Of a stretch of DNA of 37,348 nt, positions 9,358-18,862 are shown piece by piece. Position 1 is the stretch's first letter, and each line of letters starts with the position of its first letter. Location of the stretch: assembly GCA_027031185.1 (NCBI GenBank), contig JALVEF010000158.1, positions 1 to 37,348 on the forward strand. Reading direction: 5' to 3'. This stretch comes from Saprospiraceae bacterium (GTDB taxonomy: Bacteria > Bacteroidota > Bacteroidia > Chitinophagales > Saprospiraceae). The notes below the pieces were generated by a model. It was not told the origin of the DNA. It saw only the letters and a list, made by a program, of their open reading frames with translations, and searched no databases. Both the position numbers and the translations under genes were made by a program.

Positions 9358-10023
9358 ATGCAACCCAACATCGAAAAAGCAAAGACGCTGCTTCGCAAAA
9401 TCTCTTATATCCTGGATAGCCTGGAAGAAGAGGCCTCCTCTGTAGGTACGGTGGAGCGTGAGTTGCTACTGGAATATATCCGCGCGCTCTATGATGCCGT
9501 TTTGTTTCCCAGAATGGATCCGGCTTCCCACACCATGCAAGCAAGAGTACCTGTCGAGGAACAGCCCATTTCCGTCTCTAAGGCCCCTGCGGCACCGCCA
9601 CGGCCGGAACCGGCACCAAGGCCGGCCGCCCACGTGCCAACTCCCGATCCGGTAGTTTCCGAACCGGTAGCTACAGAGCCGGCCGTATCCACGTCCCCCC
9701 GGACGTGGATACCGGACGCTCATGAGAAACTGTTTGAATTTGGTGTGGCACGTGAGCTGTCCGAAAAGCTGCAACAACAGCCCGTCAAAGACCTCCGGTC
9801 TGCTTTCTCGCTCAACGACCGGACTTTGACTACCAACAAGCTTTTCAACAAAGACAGTGACCTGTTTGCCAAAACCATTGAAGATCTCAACCGGCTGTCG
9901 AGTTTTGAGGAGGCCAAGGCCTATTTGAGCCGCAATCTGATTGATCCTCTGGGATGGACCGAAAAGGACAAATTCAAGACGGCGAAGATATTCATCAAGA
10001 CCGTCCGCCGTCGCTATCTCTGA
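9358..10023 (+). CDS. Hypothetical protein with two helical domains joined by a Pro/Ala-rich linker
   Basis: 221-aa ORF with a promoter-like box upstream and coding-like composition. No motif I can assign. Confidence 0.7.
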   Translation: MQPNIEKAKTLLRKISYILDSLEEEASSVGTVERELLLEYIRALYDAVLFPRMDPASHTMQARVPVEEQPISVSKAPAAPPRPEPAPRPAAHVPTPDPVVSEPVATEPAVSTSPRTWIPDAHEKLFEFGVARELSEKLQQQPVKDLRSAFSLNDRTLTTNKLFNKDSDLFAKTIEDLNRLSSFEEAKAYLSRNLIDPLGWTEKDKFKTAKIFIKTVRRRYL

Positions 10024-10055
10024 CAGACCGGCAGGCCTCAAATGACAAAACTAAT

Positions 10056-11030
10056 ATGGAAAAAATCGGCGTGTTTACATCCGGAGGTGATTCGCCCGGT
10101 ATGAATGCGGCCATTCGGGCAGTCGTGCGCACCGCCATTAAGTCTGGCCTTATCCCCTATGGCATCTATCATGGCTACAAAGGACTGATCGAGGGCGAAA
10201 TCAAAGAGATGAACACCCACGATGTGAGCAATATCCTCCAGCTCGGCGGTACCATCCTCCGTTCGGCACGAAGCAAAGAATTTCGCACGCCCGAAGGGCG
10301 TGCAAAGGCTTACCGTCAACTCAAAAAGCACGGCATCACGGGCTTGATAGCCATCGGCGGTGACGGCACCATGGCCGGTGCCAAAGTATTTGCCAATGAA
10401 TATCCCGACATCCGCATCGTCGGTCTGCCCGGCACCATAGACAATGACCTGGCCGGGACGGATTTTACCATCGGCTACGATACCGCCATCAATACTGCTA
10501 TGGAAGCCGTGGACAAAATCAAAGACACGGCCAATGCCTTTGACAGGCTATTCTTTATCGAAGTGATGGGCCGCGATTCCGGCTTTATCGCATTGCGGGT
10601 TGGTATCGCCACCGGGGCTGAGGCCGTCCTGGTACCGGAGACACGCACCAACATAGATGAGTTGGTGCGCAAACTGAGAACGTTTGCCAAACGGCGCAAA
10701 AACGCCGCCATCGTCATCGTCGCGGAAGGCGACGATGCGGGCGGCGCCTACGAAATCGCCCGCAAGGTCAAAGAACGGGGATTCGAAAAATACGAGATCC
10801 GTGTCTCCACGCTCGGTCACATCCAGCGCGGCGGTAGTCCCACGTGCATGGACCGCATGCTGGCCGGCCGGCTCGGCATGGAAGCCGTCAAGGCGCTCAA
10901 AGACGGTGTCAGTGGCGTACTGGTCGGCAAAAAATGCAAAGAGATCGTCTATACCCCATTTGAGAAAGCGGTCAAGGATCCCAAGAAGCTGAACCCATTG
11001 CTTCTGGATATTGTTGACATGCTGGCCTGA
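10056..11030 (+). CDS. pfkA: ATP-dependent 6-phosphofructokinase
   Basis: MEKIGVFTSGGDSPGMNAAIR, GGDGT, PGTIDND, MGR and LGHIQRGG. Start trimmed to the ATG at 10056. Confidence 0.95.
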   Translation: MEKIGVFTSGGDSPGMNAAIRAVVRTAIKSGLIPYGIYHGYKGLIEGEIKEMNTHDVSNILQLGGTILRSARSKEFRTPEGRAKAYRQLKKHGITGLIAIGGDGTMAGAKVFANEYPDIRIVGLPGTIDNDLAGTDFTIGYDTAINTAMEAVDKIKDTANAFDRLFFIEVMGRDSGFIALRVGIATGAEAVLVPETRTNIDELVRKLRTFAKRRKNAAIVIVAEGDDAGGAYEIARKVKERGFEKYEIRVSTLGHIQRGGSPTCMDRMLAGRLGMEAVKALKDGVSGVLVGKKCKEIVYTPFEKAVKDPKKLNPLLLDIVDMLA

Positions 11031-11043
11031 AGGGTACTCCACT

Positions 11044-11736
11044 ATGGCTAAGCAATTTGATCTCCGGCGGCTTTATTTCCCGATGGGCTTTCTCGCCCTT
11101 ATTTGGGCTATCCACCTGTATCAGGTTCTTGTAGGCGTCGAGTGGGGCTATATGCTCGGCATCAAGCCGCTTGCACCGCACCGTTGGTTTGGCATCTTCA
11201 CCGGCCCGCTGGTACATGGTGACTGGCCACATTTGCTCAACAATACGGTGTCCTTTGCCGGCCTGTCTTTTTTCCTGTTTTATCTTTATCCCCGCATCGC
11301 GCGCCGGGCTTTTGTCATGATATATTTGATGACGACTACAGGCGTGTGGCTGTTTGGCAAGGATGCTTTCCACATTGGGGCCAGTGGGCTGATTTACGGA
11401 ATGGCCGCGCTCCTGTTTTGGATGGGTATCTTCCGGCGCAACATCCGCTCCGTGGCGATCTCGTTGGTTGTCCTTGTCCTGTATAGTGGTATGTTTTACG
11501 GTTTCCTGCCACAGGCGCACATCTCCTATGAAAGCCATATCATCGGGGCCATTGCCGGAGTATTTGCCGCATATTATTACAAGGAAGAACACGAACCGGA
11601 GGATATGGCAGATTCGCCGGAGCCGGGGCCCTCGCACCGGCGCTATTTTTTGCCGCGCGATGCCTTTGAAAAAACAAAATACGAACGATATTTGGAGCGC
11701 CAATCCCGGCGACCGTCACCGCCCAACGATGCATAA
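11044..11736 (+). CDS. Rhomboid-family intramembrane serine protease
   Basis: Multiple TM helices, a GxSG motif (GASGLIYGM) and a downstream catalytic-His helix (SHIIGAIAGV). Start trimmed to the ATG at 11044. Confidence 0.8.
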   Translation: MAKQFDLRRLYFPMGFLALIWAIHLYQVLVGVEWGYMLGIKPLAPHRWFGIFTGPLVHGDWPHLLNNTVSFAGLSFFLFYLYPRIARRAFVMIYLMTTTGVWLFGKDAFHIGASGLIYGMAALLFWMGIFRRNIRSVAISLVVLVLYSGMFYGFLPQAHISYESHIIGAIAGVFAAYYYKEEHEPEDMADSPEPGPSHRRYFLPRDAFEKTKYERYLERQSRRPSPPNDA

Positions 11737-11739
11737 GCC

Positions 11740-12012
11740 ATGCGATACACCAAGACCACTTTGAAGAAAATAGAGGCCTTATTTAAAGAGCTGGGCTATA
11801 CCGTCCGGTATGAAAAAGGCAACTTCGTGTCCGGTTATGCCGTAGTCGAATCCAAAAAAGTGGCTGTGATCAATCGTTTTTATGATACGGAGGCGCGCAT
11901 CAATGCATTAGTGGAGATTTTGACGAGTATAGAGGTAGATGATTCCGTTCTTTCGGACGAGGCGCGCGACCTGTATTATTTGACCCAAGTGGCCGGTAAG
12001 CGTGATGAGTAA
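11740..12012 (+). CDS. Small hypothetical protein (90 aa)
   Basis: Compact ORF starting 4 nt after the rhomboid stop and overlapping the next gene by 8 nt. Coding-like composition, no assignable motif. Confidence 0.6.
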   Translation: MRYTKTTLKKIEALFKELGYTVRYEKGNFVSGYAVVESKKVAVINRFYDTEARINALVEILTSIEVDDSVLSDEARDLYYLTQVAGKRDE

Positions 12013-12778
12013 CCGGAGCATCACCTTTCTGGGGACCGGTACTTCACAGGGAATCCCCGTCATTGGCTGCACGTGCGAGGTGTGTACCTCGGAGGATCCC
12101 CGTGACAAGCGGCTCCGCACCTCCGTGCTGATTACGGTTGGCTCCAGGCATTTGGTCGTAGATGTGGGGCCGGACTTCCGCCAGCAGATACTCCGGGCCG
12201 GCATCGGCGATCTGGAAGCCATCCTGCTGACGCACGAGCACAATGACCATATCATCGGCATGGATGATATCAGGCCCATCTACTTCCGGCGCGGCACACC
12301 AGTGCCGGTGTATGGACTGACGCGGGTACTGGACAGTGTAAAGCACCGCTTCGACTACTTTTTTAGTGAAAGGCCGTACCCCGGTGTGCCCCGGATTGCC
12401 CCCGTAGTCTTGGACCATGTCGGTTCCTTCAGCTTGCTGGGAATGGACATTGTGCCGGTGCGGGTTTGGCATGGCCAACTTTCCATCTTGGGTTTCCGGT
12501 TTGATGATCTGGTCTATATCACCGATGCCAAGACCATAGACAAAACAGAGTTGGAGAAAATACGAGGCTGCCGGATACTGGTGATCAATGCTTTACATCA
12601 CAAGGAGCATCACTCGCATCTCAATCTGCAAGAAGCGCTTGCCATGGTTGAGCGCGTCCAGCCCCGGGAAGCTTTTTTCGTGCACATGTCCCATTGGATG
12701 GGGCGACACCGTGAGGTGGCGGCTTCTCTGCCCGCACATATTACACTGGCGTATGATGGCCTCCGCCTGACGTTTTAA
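12005..12778 (+). CDS. MBL-fold metallo-hydrolase (PhnP-like)
   Basis: The HxHxDH motif LLTHEHNDH, an N-terminal FLGTGTSQGIP, and Cys-rich CTCEVC. Confidence 0.85.
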   Translation: MSNRSITFLGTGTSQGIPVIGCTCEVCTSEDPRDKRLRTSVLITVGSRHLVVDVGPDFRQQILRAGIGDLEAILLTHEHNDHIIGMDDIRPIYFRRGTPVPVYGLTRVLDSVKHRFDYFFSERPYPGVPRIAPVVLDHVGSFSLLGMDIVPVRVWHGQLSILGFRFDDLVYITDAKTIDKTELEKIRGCRILVINALHHKEHHSHLNLQEALAMVERVQPREAFFVHMSHWMGRHREVAASLPAHITLAYDGLRLTF

Positions 12779-12833
12779 GTGGTGACGGGCCTTGCGGTTC
12801 ATCTCAAATGATAGAAAACCCCTATCTTCGCAA

Positions 12834-13856
12834 ATGCGCGACAGTGATTTTACTAGTTTAAGCCAAAGCTGCCGGCAAAACGCTATCCGTTTGAGATCAA
12901 AGATTCTTACAGTCCTGCTTTTGAGTGCCTTGAACATAGCTTCGGGGCAGCAGCTTGCGCAATTCGCCCTTGCGCAATTCCAGGAGTCTGTTTACAATCC
13001 GGGGGCACGTGGCCTGGTGCCTTCGATGCGCCTGACCGGTCTGGTGCGCCGGCAGTGGAGTGCGCTGCCTGGTAGTCCGGGCAGTCAATTCATGGATATT
13101 GATTTGCCGTTGGAAATATTGTCGGGAGGAGTAGGCCTGATGCTTATGCGCAACAGTTGGGGGGCGCATCACATTTTGCAAGCCAAGCTGGGTTATAGTT
13201 ATCATGCCCGGGTCGGGGAGGAGGCCATTCTCGGCATTGGCCTGGCGGGCGTGTACAGGCAGTACGCCTATTCCGGAGATATTTTGCGTACCCCGGAAGG
13301 CGAGTACGGCAATGGCGTCATTGCTCATCACGATTTTTTGCTCGAATCCGGATGGCTCCGTCCGTCGGGCGGCGCATTGGATGTAGGTATAGAACTCCGG
13401 CTGGCGGACTTTGCGTTCGGTGTGTCTGGGACCAATATCGTGTCTGCGGCATCCAGACAGAGGCTGTTTGCGGTCACGGAGCGTCCCCATTGGTATGCGC
13501 AAGTTCGTTATGCTGTGGATGTCAATCCAGACTTGCGGTTGACTGCCGGTGCCATTGGGGAAGCCAATGCCGGCTATATACAAAATCAGGCCTTTTTGGC
13601 CGTGACGGTATTTGATACTTATCAGGTAGGCGTGCACTTGCGCGGATATGGGCCAAAAAGCTTCGAATCCGTTGGATTATTGGGCAAAATCCGCCTGAAT
13701 GACCATTTTCATTTTTTTTATTCCTACGGACACAATATTTTGGCGGCCGGAAAAGTTTTTGGTGCGAATCATGAAGTCGCCATGATTTATCTTCTAAACA
13801 AACAGATTGGGAGGGGCCGCTTGCCACTCCCTACGTATAATCCCCGATATTTTTGA
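12834..13856 (+). CDS. porP: Type IX secretion system membrane protein, PorP/SprF family
   Basis: Signal peptide KILTVLLLSALNIASGQQ, then the PorP/SprF-type N-terminus (FQESVYNPGARG, RRQWSALPGSPGS). Beta-barrel with a C-terminal ...NPRYF. Lies immediately upstream of gldK, as in the porPKLMN arrangement. The start is uncertain: ATG 12834, TTG 12891 or TTG 12792. Confidence 0.8.
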   Translation: MRDSDFTSLSQSCRQNAIRLRSKILTVLLLSALNIASGQQLAQFALAQFQESVYNPGARGLVPSMRLTGLVRRQWSALPGSPGSQFMDIDLPLEILSGGVGLMLMRNSWGAHHILQAKLGYSYHARVGEEAILGIGLAGVYRQYAYSGDILRTPEGEYGNGVIAHHDFLLESGWLRPSGGALDVGIELRLADFAFGVSGTNIVSAASRQRLFAVTERPHWYAQVRYAVDVNPDLRLTAGAIGEANAGYIQNQAFLAVTVFDTYQVGVHLRGYGPKSFESVGLLGKIRLNDHFHFFYSYGHNILAAGKVFGANHEVAMIYLLNKQIGRGRLPLPTYNPRYF

Positions 13857-13941
13857 ACCAGGATAAAGTAAGATGCGTCTTGGTGGCGCAAATTGGTACG
13901 AATATTGACAATGGAATTGCGGAAGTTTGCGAGAATTTGCT

Positions 13942-13949
13942 TACTTTTG
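13942..13949 (+). promoter_or_regulatory. Candidate -7 promoter box TACTTTTG upstream of gldK
   Basis: Exact TAnnTTTG match in the 190-nt porP-gldK spacer. A 7-bp hairpin (13963-13981) follows it. Confidence 0.35.
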
Positions 13950-14046
13950 CTCCTTACGTAGGGGGATGGATAGCCCATCCCAGTGGGATTGCGTCAAAAC
14001 AAGCACATTCCGAAAATTCAAAAAAGTGAAAATTAGGGTGTCAAAA

Positions 14047-15288
14047 ATGAGAAATTTAGCCAGTGTTTTCTTCTTGGGTCTCTTGCTTTTAGTGGGCCTT
14101 TCCTCTTGTGGCCGCAAAGGCAATGGTCAGTTGGTTGGTGTGCTTGACCGCCCCTCTTGGAAAGGCATCAACCCCTACGGGATGGTCAATATCCCATCTG
14201 GGACCCTCATTATTGGGGCAGGTGATGAGGACATTACCCGCACCCTGTTGGCTCGCAATAAGGCGATCTCCATCAGTGGTTTCTATATGGATGAGACCGA
14301 AATCACCAACAATGAGTACCGCCAATTCGTCAACTGGGTACGTGACTCCATCGCGCACGCCATGCTTGACCACTTCATCGAAGATGAGCAGGGCAACACC
14401 TACATTGACTGGGATCAGGAGATTGACTACGAAGATGAAGCGCTCGAAGACCTCTTCTATCAGGGCGATGACCGCTTCGCCGGGCGTCGTGAGATGGATG
14501 TCTCCCAACTCAACTTCGAGTATCAGTGGTACGATTGGAAAGGCGCGGCCCACGCCGGCAAGGACGCCAAACGTACCGACTTTCTCCACAAAGAAACCAT
14601 CAACATCTATCCCGATACGCTGGTATGGATTCGTGACTTCGCTTATTCTTACAATGAGCCCATGACACGTAACTATTTCTCCCATCCGGCGTTTGACGAC
14701 TATCCTGTCGTCGGTGTCAACTGGAAAGCGGCCCGCGCCTTCTCTTATTGGCGTACGCTCCTTTGGAACAGCTACTCTGGCAATGGATCACTGAATTCCG
14801 AGGACTTCCGCTTGCCCTTTGAGCACGAATGGGAATATGCCGCACGCGGTGGACACAATTTGGCTCGCTTCCCCTGGGGAGGTTATTACCTGCGCAACTC
14901 CAAAGGCTGCTTGCTCGCCAACTTCAAGCCCGGACGTGGCAATTATCCCGAAGATGGCGGACTTTATACTGTCAAAGCTGACGCATACTTCCCCAATGAT
15001 TTCGGCCTATACAATATGGCCGGCAATGTGGCGGAGTGGACCGAATCAGCCTATTATGAGAATGCTTACTCATTTATCCATGACCTCAATCCTGACATCC
15101 GCTTTGCCGCGGATGATGATGCCCCCGAAGCAGACAAACGCAAAGTGGTGCGGGGAGGATCTTGGAAAGATGTAGGTTACTTCCTCGAGACCGGAACGCG
15201 CTCCTGGGAGTTTCAAGATACGGCTAAATCTTACATCGGCTTCCGTTGTGCACTGTCCTTCCTTGGCCGTTCTGCCAAGGACTTCTAA
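14047..15288 (+). CDS. gldK: Gliding motility / T9SS lipoprotein GldK (PorK), FGE-sulfatase (SUMF1) fold
   Basis: Lipoprotein signal MRNLASVFFLGLLLLVGLSSC, then GQLVGV...PYGMVNIPSGT, RGGSW and IGFRC. Start trimmed to the ATG at 14047. Confidence 0.93.
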   Translation: MRNLASVFFLGLLLLVGLSSCGRKGNGQLVGVLDRPSWKGINPYGMVNIPSGTLIIGAGDEDITRTLLARNKAISISGFYMDETEITNNEYRQFVNWVRDSIAHAMLDHFIEDEQGNTYIDWDQEIDYEDEALEDLFYQGDDRFAGRREMDVSQLNFEYQWYDWKGAAHAGKDAKRTDFLHKETINIYPDTLVWIRDFAYSYNEPMTRNYFSHPAFDDYPVVGVNWKAARAFSYWRTLLWNSYSGNGSLNSEDFRLPFEHEWEYAARGGHNLARFPWGGYYLRNSKGCLLANFKPGRGNYPEDGGLYTVKADAYFPNDFGLYNMAGNVAEWTESAYYENAYSFIHDLNPDIRFAADDDAPEADKRKVVRGGSWKDVGYFLETGTRSWEFQDTAKSYIGFRCALSFLGRSAKDF

Positions 15289-15441
15289 GCACAAAGGCCC
15301 CGATAAGCCCAAAGAAATCGCATGGCCTCGCAGCTCCGCCATCTTATTTTCGCGGTGCTGCGTGGCAGTGCAGACGGCATGACTATCACACAAAACATGC
15401 TTTCTTTTCCGGCCCTTGCGTCGTATTTGCCCGAATGTTGC

Positions 15442-15449
15442 TACATTTG
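15442..15449 (+). promoter_or_regulatory. Candidate internal -7 promoter box TACATTTG upstream of gldL
   Basis: Exact TAnnTTTG match in the 201-nt gldK-gldL spacer, 41 nt before the ATG. Confidence 0.35.
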
Positions 15450-15489
15450 GCGCTGAAACCTAATTTGTTGTAACCGAAAAAAGTCAAAA

Positions 15490-16068
15490 ATGAGTTTCCT
15501 GCATTCGAAAACCTTCAAGTACATCAAGAACTTGATCATCGGTCTTGGTGCTTCTGCTGTCTTGATCGGCGCTCTGTTTAAGATCATGCACTGGCCGGGA
15601 GCCGAATTCTGGCTTCCTCTCGGAATGACCGTCGAGGCTTTCATCTTCGCTTTCCTAGGTATTATTGGTCCCGAGCCCGATTATTACTGGGAAAAACTCT
15701 ATCCCGGACTCGACAAGTATGACGCCGATATCCAGCCTCTTGCTGCTGCCGGCGGCAATGCACTCAATGCCCCCGAAATCGAAGAAAAACTTAGCGGCAT
15801 GCTCAGCGAATTGCAGATTATGTCCAAGAGCCTTTCCTCTCTCAAAGCGCTCCAGGAAGTGGACTTCTCCGGCACTTCTGAGCAGATCAAGGCCATGAGC
15901 AACTTCTACGGTAAGCTCAATGAAGCCATGGCCAATCTCGTGGACTCTGCCGAAGATGCCAAACAGTACAAAGAACAGATGAGCGCCCTAAACCGCAACC
16001 TTGGTGCCTTGAACCATGTGTATGGCAATATGCTCGCTGCCATGAATCCCAACCGTCAGGCTGTCTAA
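15490..16068 (+). CDS. gldL: Gliding motility / T9SS protein GldL (PorL)
   Basis: Two N-terminal TM helices with the signature FKIMHWPGA. Sits between gldK and gldM. Confidence 0.92.
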   Translation: MSFLHSKTFKYIKNLIIGLGASAVLIGALFKIMHWPGAEFWLPLGMTVEAFIFAFLGIIGPEPDYYWEKLYPGLDKYDADIQPLAAAGGNALNAPEIEEKLSGMLSELQIMSKSLSSLKALQEVDFSGTSEQIKAMSNFYGKLNEAMANLVDSAEDAKQYKEQMSALNRNLGALNHVYGNMLAAMNPNRQAV

Positions 16069-16118
16069 TTACTGCCTGTGGTGAGATTTTTTCCTCTCAA
16101 ATTCTAAACGAGTAACAC

Positions 16119-17666
16119 ATGTCAATACCAAAGGAACCGCGGCAATTGATGATCAACCTGATGTACCTGGTGCTCACCGCCATGCTCGCACTCAGCGCAT
16201 CAGCCGAGATCTTCAATGCTTTCTTTAAACTCGATAAGGGAAACGTCAACTCTGGCCGCATCGTCGAATCATCCAACGGTGATATCATGAAGGCCATCAA
16301 TAAACAGGCGGATACTTACAAAACGCCTGAAAACCAGCAGTATCAAGCCAAAGCACAGCAGGTACTCTCTATAGTTGGGGACTTTGTCAGTTATGTGGAT
16401 GCACTTCGCGACACTTTAATAGAAGTTTCCGGTGGCATGGATACTATTACCAATACGCCCAAGGGTTACAAAAACCAGGACGTCCCCACGCGTATTCTGG
16501 TTGGGGAGTCGCCCAATCCCAATTCCAAAGGGATGGAGCTTAAGAGAATGATTGATAACACCAGGGAAAAGCTCCTCGCCCTCTTGCCAGAAGAAGATAA
16601 GGAAGTCCTGGCACATTCCATCCCGCTCAAAACCGAGCCTATTCCGGAAAAAACCGAGAAAAAGAATTGGGCCGATTACAACTTCTACCAGATGCCCGTC
16701 GCTGCTGTTTTGCCCATGCTCTCCAAATATCAGGTAGATGCCAAGGCTTCCGCGACCGCCATCCTCAACTACCTTTTGAAAAAGGTTAAAGGCGATGTCA
16801 TCATCATGGACAAGTACGACGTGGTCGTCAGCGCCAAAAAGGGCTACCTGCTCGAAGGCCAAAAGTATGATGCCGACATCTATCTGAGCGCCTACTCCTC
16901 ACAAGTCAAAAACATGACCATCAAGGTGGACGGCCGCAGCCTGCCCGTCAAAGCCGGCAAAGCGCATTTTACCGAAACCGCCGGCTCCATCGGCACCAAA
17001 AAACACAAGGTAGTCATCACACTCGTCAACCCGCTTACCAAAAAAGCCGAAACCTATACCGGTGAATTTGAGTACGAAGTGGGCCAGAAGTCCATCGCTG
17101 TTGCCGCCGACAAGATGAATGTCTTTTACGTCGGCGTGGACAACCCCATCACCGTGTCGGCTCAGGGTATCCCCACCAGCCAGCTCAAAGTATCGGCGCC
17201 CGGACTCAACCTGCGCCACGTCAAAGGATCCCAGTATATCGTCAAGCCCACTAAGCCGATGAAAGAAGCCTATATCATGGTCTCCGGTGGCGGTCAGACT
17301 GCCAAGAAGAAGTTCCGCGTCAAGCGGATCCCCGACCCCGTACCTATGATGGGTACCGGTCCTACTGCACGCGGTGGCCGCATCGGCAGTGGTACCATGC
17401 GCGCTCAGCCTGGTATCCGCGCCGAGCTCATTAACTTTGACTTCGACGCTCGCTGCAAAATCCAGGGCTTTGAGTTCACGTACCAAAAGAAACGTTCTGA
17501 CCCCGTCACCGTGATCAATTCCGGTGAGCGCTTCAATGCCAAGGCCAAGCGTCTGGTCAATCAGGCCAAACCCGGCGACACATACTACTTTGAAAATATC
17601 AAGGCCCGCTGCCCGGGTGATGCTGCCGGACGCAAAATCGGAACCATGGTCTTCAAAATAAAGTAA
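16119..17666 (+). CDS. gldM: Gliding motility / T9SS protein GldM (PorM)
   Basis: N-terminal signature PRQLMINLMYLVLTAMLAL (single TM helix). 515 aa, consistent with gene order. Confidence 0.93.
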   Translation: MSIPKEPRQLMINLMYLVLTAMLALSASAEIFNAFFKLDKGNVNSGRIVESSNGDIMKAINKQADTYKTPENQQYQAKAQQVLSIVGDFVSYVDALRDTLIEVSGGMDTITNTPKGYKNQDVPTRILVGESPNPNSKGMELKRMIDNTREKLLALLPEEDKEVLAHSIPLKTEPIPEKTEKKNWADYNFYQMPVAAVLPMLSKYQVDAKASATAILNYLLKKVKGDVIIMDKYDVVVSAKKGYLLEGQKYDADIYLSAYSSQVKNMTIKVDGRSLPVKAGKAHFTETAGSIGTKKHKVVITLVNPLTKKAETYTGEFEYEVGQKSIAVAADKMNVFYVGVDNPITVSAQGIPTSQLKVSAPGLNLRHVKGSQYIVKPTKPMKEAYIMVSGGGQTAKKKFRVKRIPDPVPMMGTGPTARGGRIGSGTMRAQPGIRAELINFDFDARCKIQGFEFTYQKKRSDPVTVINSGERFNAKAKRLVNQAKPGDTYYFENIKARCPGDAAGRKIGTMVFKIK

Positions 17667-17716
17667 CGTCAAAACTCGTTTGGGTAGCAGTCCCGGACAT
17701 CATATAACTTGAGAAA

Positions 17717-18586
17717 ATGAAGATGCTAAAATTGATTTTGCCTTTTCTTTTGATTGCTTTCGGTGCCACTATGGCTTTGGCCCAGGAGCCCGAAGCCGTC
17801 AAAACCGAAACATCTGACTTGGACTATCCTGACAAGCCGCTGGACGATGTCGTTGACCGCAAACTGCTCAGCGAAAAGCGCATCCTCCCCTACGAGCCCG
17901 TACGCGAGGGGGATATCCTGTGGTCCAAAAAAATCTGGCGCGTTGTGGATGTCCGGGAAAAGATGAACTTGCCTTTCGCCTATCCAGGAGAGTCCCTATT
18001 TGAGATTATTGTCAAAGGCCTCAAGGACGGTGCACTCACCGCTTTTAGTGTCGAAGACGACAAGTTCTCTTATCCCATTTCCAACTCCGATGTAGAATCC
18101 ATGCTTTTCAGTACGGATACCACCTTTACCGTAGATCCGGATACCTATGAAGAGAAAATGGTCATTGTCCAGAATGAAACCAATCCGGAAGACGTCAAGC
18201 GCTACCGGATCAAGGAGATCTGGTTCTTTGATTCCGAGTCCTCGACCATGAAAGTCCGCATCCTGGGGATTGCCCCGATTATTGACAAGCTCGATGAAAA
18301 CGGTAACTTCCTTCGCGAGCAGCCCCTGTTCTGGATTTACTATCCGGATTCTCGCCAGTGGTTTGCCAAGTTCCGTGTCGCCAATTTCTCCGGCAACGAA
18401 GCCAGCCCCATTTCCTGGGAAGACTTGTTTGAAATGCGATTCTTCTCCAGCTACATCATCAAAGAGTCCAACGTGCGCGATCGCCGCATTGCCGACTACA
18501 TCACCAATGGGGTGGATGCCTTGTTGGAAGGCGAGAAAATCAAGAACGCCATCTTCAACTTTGAACAAGACCTTTGGTCCTATTGA
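17717..18586 (+). CDS. gldN: Gliding motility / T9SS protein GldN (PorN)
   Basis: Signal peptide, then the GldN-type segment PYEPVREGDILWSKKIWRVVDVREKMN. Last gene of the gldKLMN set. Confidence 0.9.
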   Translation: MKMLKLILPFLLIAFGATMALAQEPEAVKTETSDLDYPDKPLDDVVDRKLLSEKRILPYEPVREGDILWSKKIWRVVDVREKMNLPFAYPGESLFEIIVKGLKDGALTAFSVEDDKFSYPISNSDVESMLFSTDTTFTVDPDTYEEKMVIVQNETNPEDVKRYRIKEIWFFDSESSTMKVRILGIAPIIDKLDENGNFLREQPLFWIYYPDSRQWFAKFRVANFSGNEASPISWEDLFEMRFFSSYIIKESNVRDRRIADYITNGVDALLEGEKIKNAIFNFEQDLWSY

Positions 18587-18614
18587 TATGTGCGGTGCCC
18601 TGGGCACGCCGGGC

Positions 18615-18651
18615 GGGAGTTGGAAAGACCTTTCCAACTCCCGTTTTTTTT
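18615..18651 (+). terminator. Rho-independent terminator after gldN
   Basis: 13-bp perfect stem GGGAGTTGGAAAG / CTTTCCAACTCCC with a short loop, followed by G and T8. Confidence 0.88.
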
Positions 18652-18804
18652 CCGCCAATATTCCTCCGCTTCATAGCCGGTAGCGTGCCATGCCCGGCAG
18701 ATGAGGTACCGCCGTTGTACACGTTTTGATATCAAGTTTTCCCCGCCTTAAGGGCGGGGATGGGTGGGGCGGGAGGTAGTGTCCGCCTGTAATCTCCAAA
18801 ATTC

Positions 18805-18862
18805 GTAACTATTTAGGTGCTCCTGTTTTTAGCGCAAAAGCAGCGGGTACCTAAACAGTTAC
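18805..18862. repeat. 58-bp minimal member of the nested palindromic repeat family (MITE-like), flanked by an 8-bp direct repeat
   Basis: GTAACTATTTAGGTGCTCCTGTTTTTAGCGCAAAAGCAGCGGGTACCTAAACAGTTAC, which is the two terminal arms of the 163-bp copy joined together. CAAAATTC lies immediately on both sides (18797-18804 and 18863-18870). Confidence 0.8.

Noticed and set aside
13927-14046. N-terminal extensions in ORF-track models. Affected genes: gldK, coaX, pfkA, the rhomboid protease, rpsL, rplE, rpsN, rpsH, rplF, rpsD and map.
   Set aside because: In each case a downstream ATG gives the canonical conserved N-terminus or a proper signal peptide and removes the overlap with the preceding gene. 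The extensions start at upstream in-frame codons (TTG/GTG in the cases I checked, such as gldK, rpsL and map) and look non-coding.
15322-15456. 44-codon ORF (MASQLRHLIFAVLRG...) in the gldK-gldL spacer.
   Set aside because: There is no promoter or conservation evidence, the composition is unremarkable, and it overlaps the candidate gldL promoter box. It is most likely a chance ORF.
18741-18759. Hairpin CCCCGCC-TTAAG-GGCGGGG in the gldN-rpsL gap, considered as a possible terminator.
   Set aside because: No T-tract follows it on either strand, and a strong terminator for gldN already lies about 90 nt upstream. No function can be supported.
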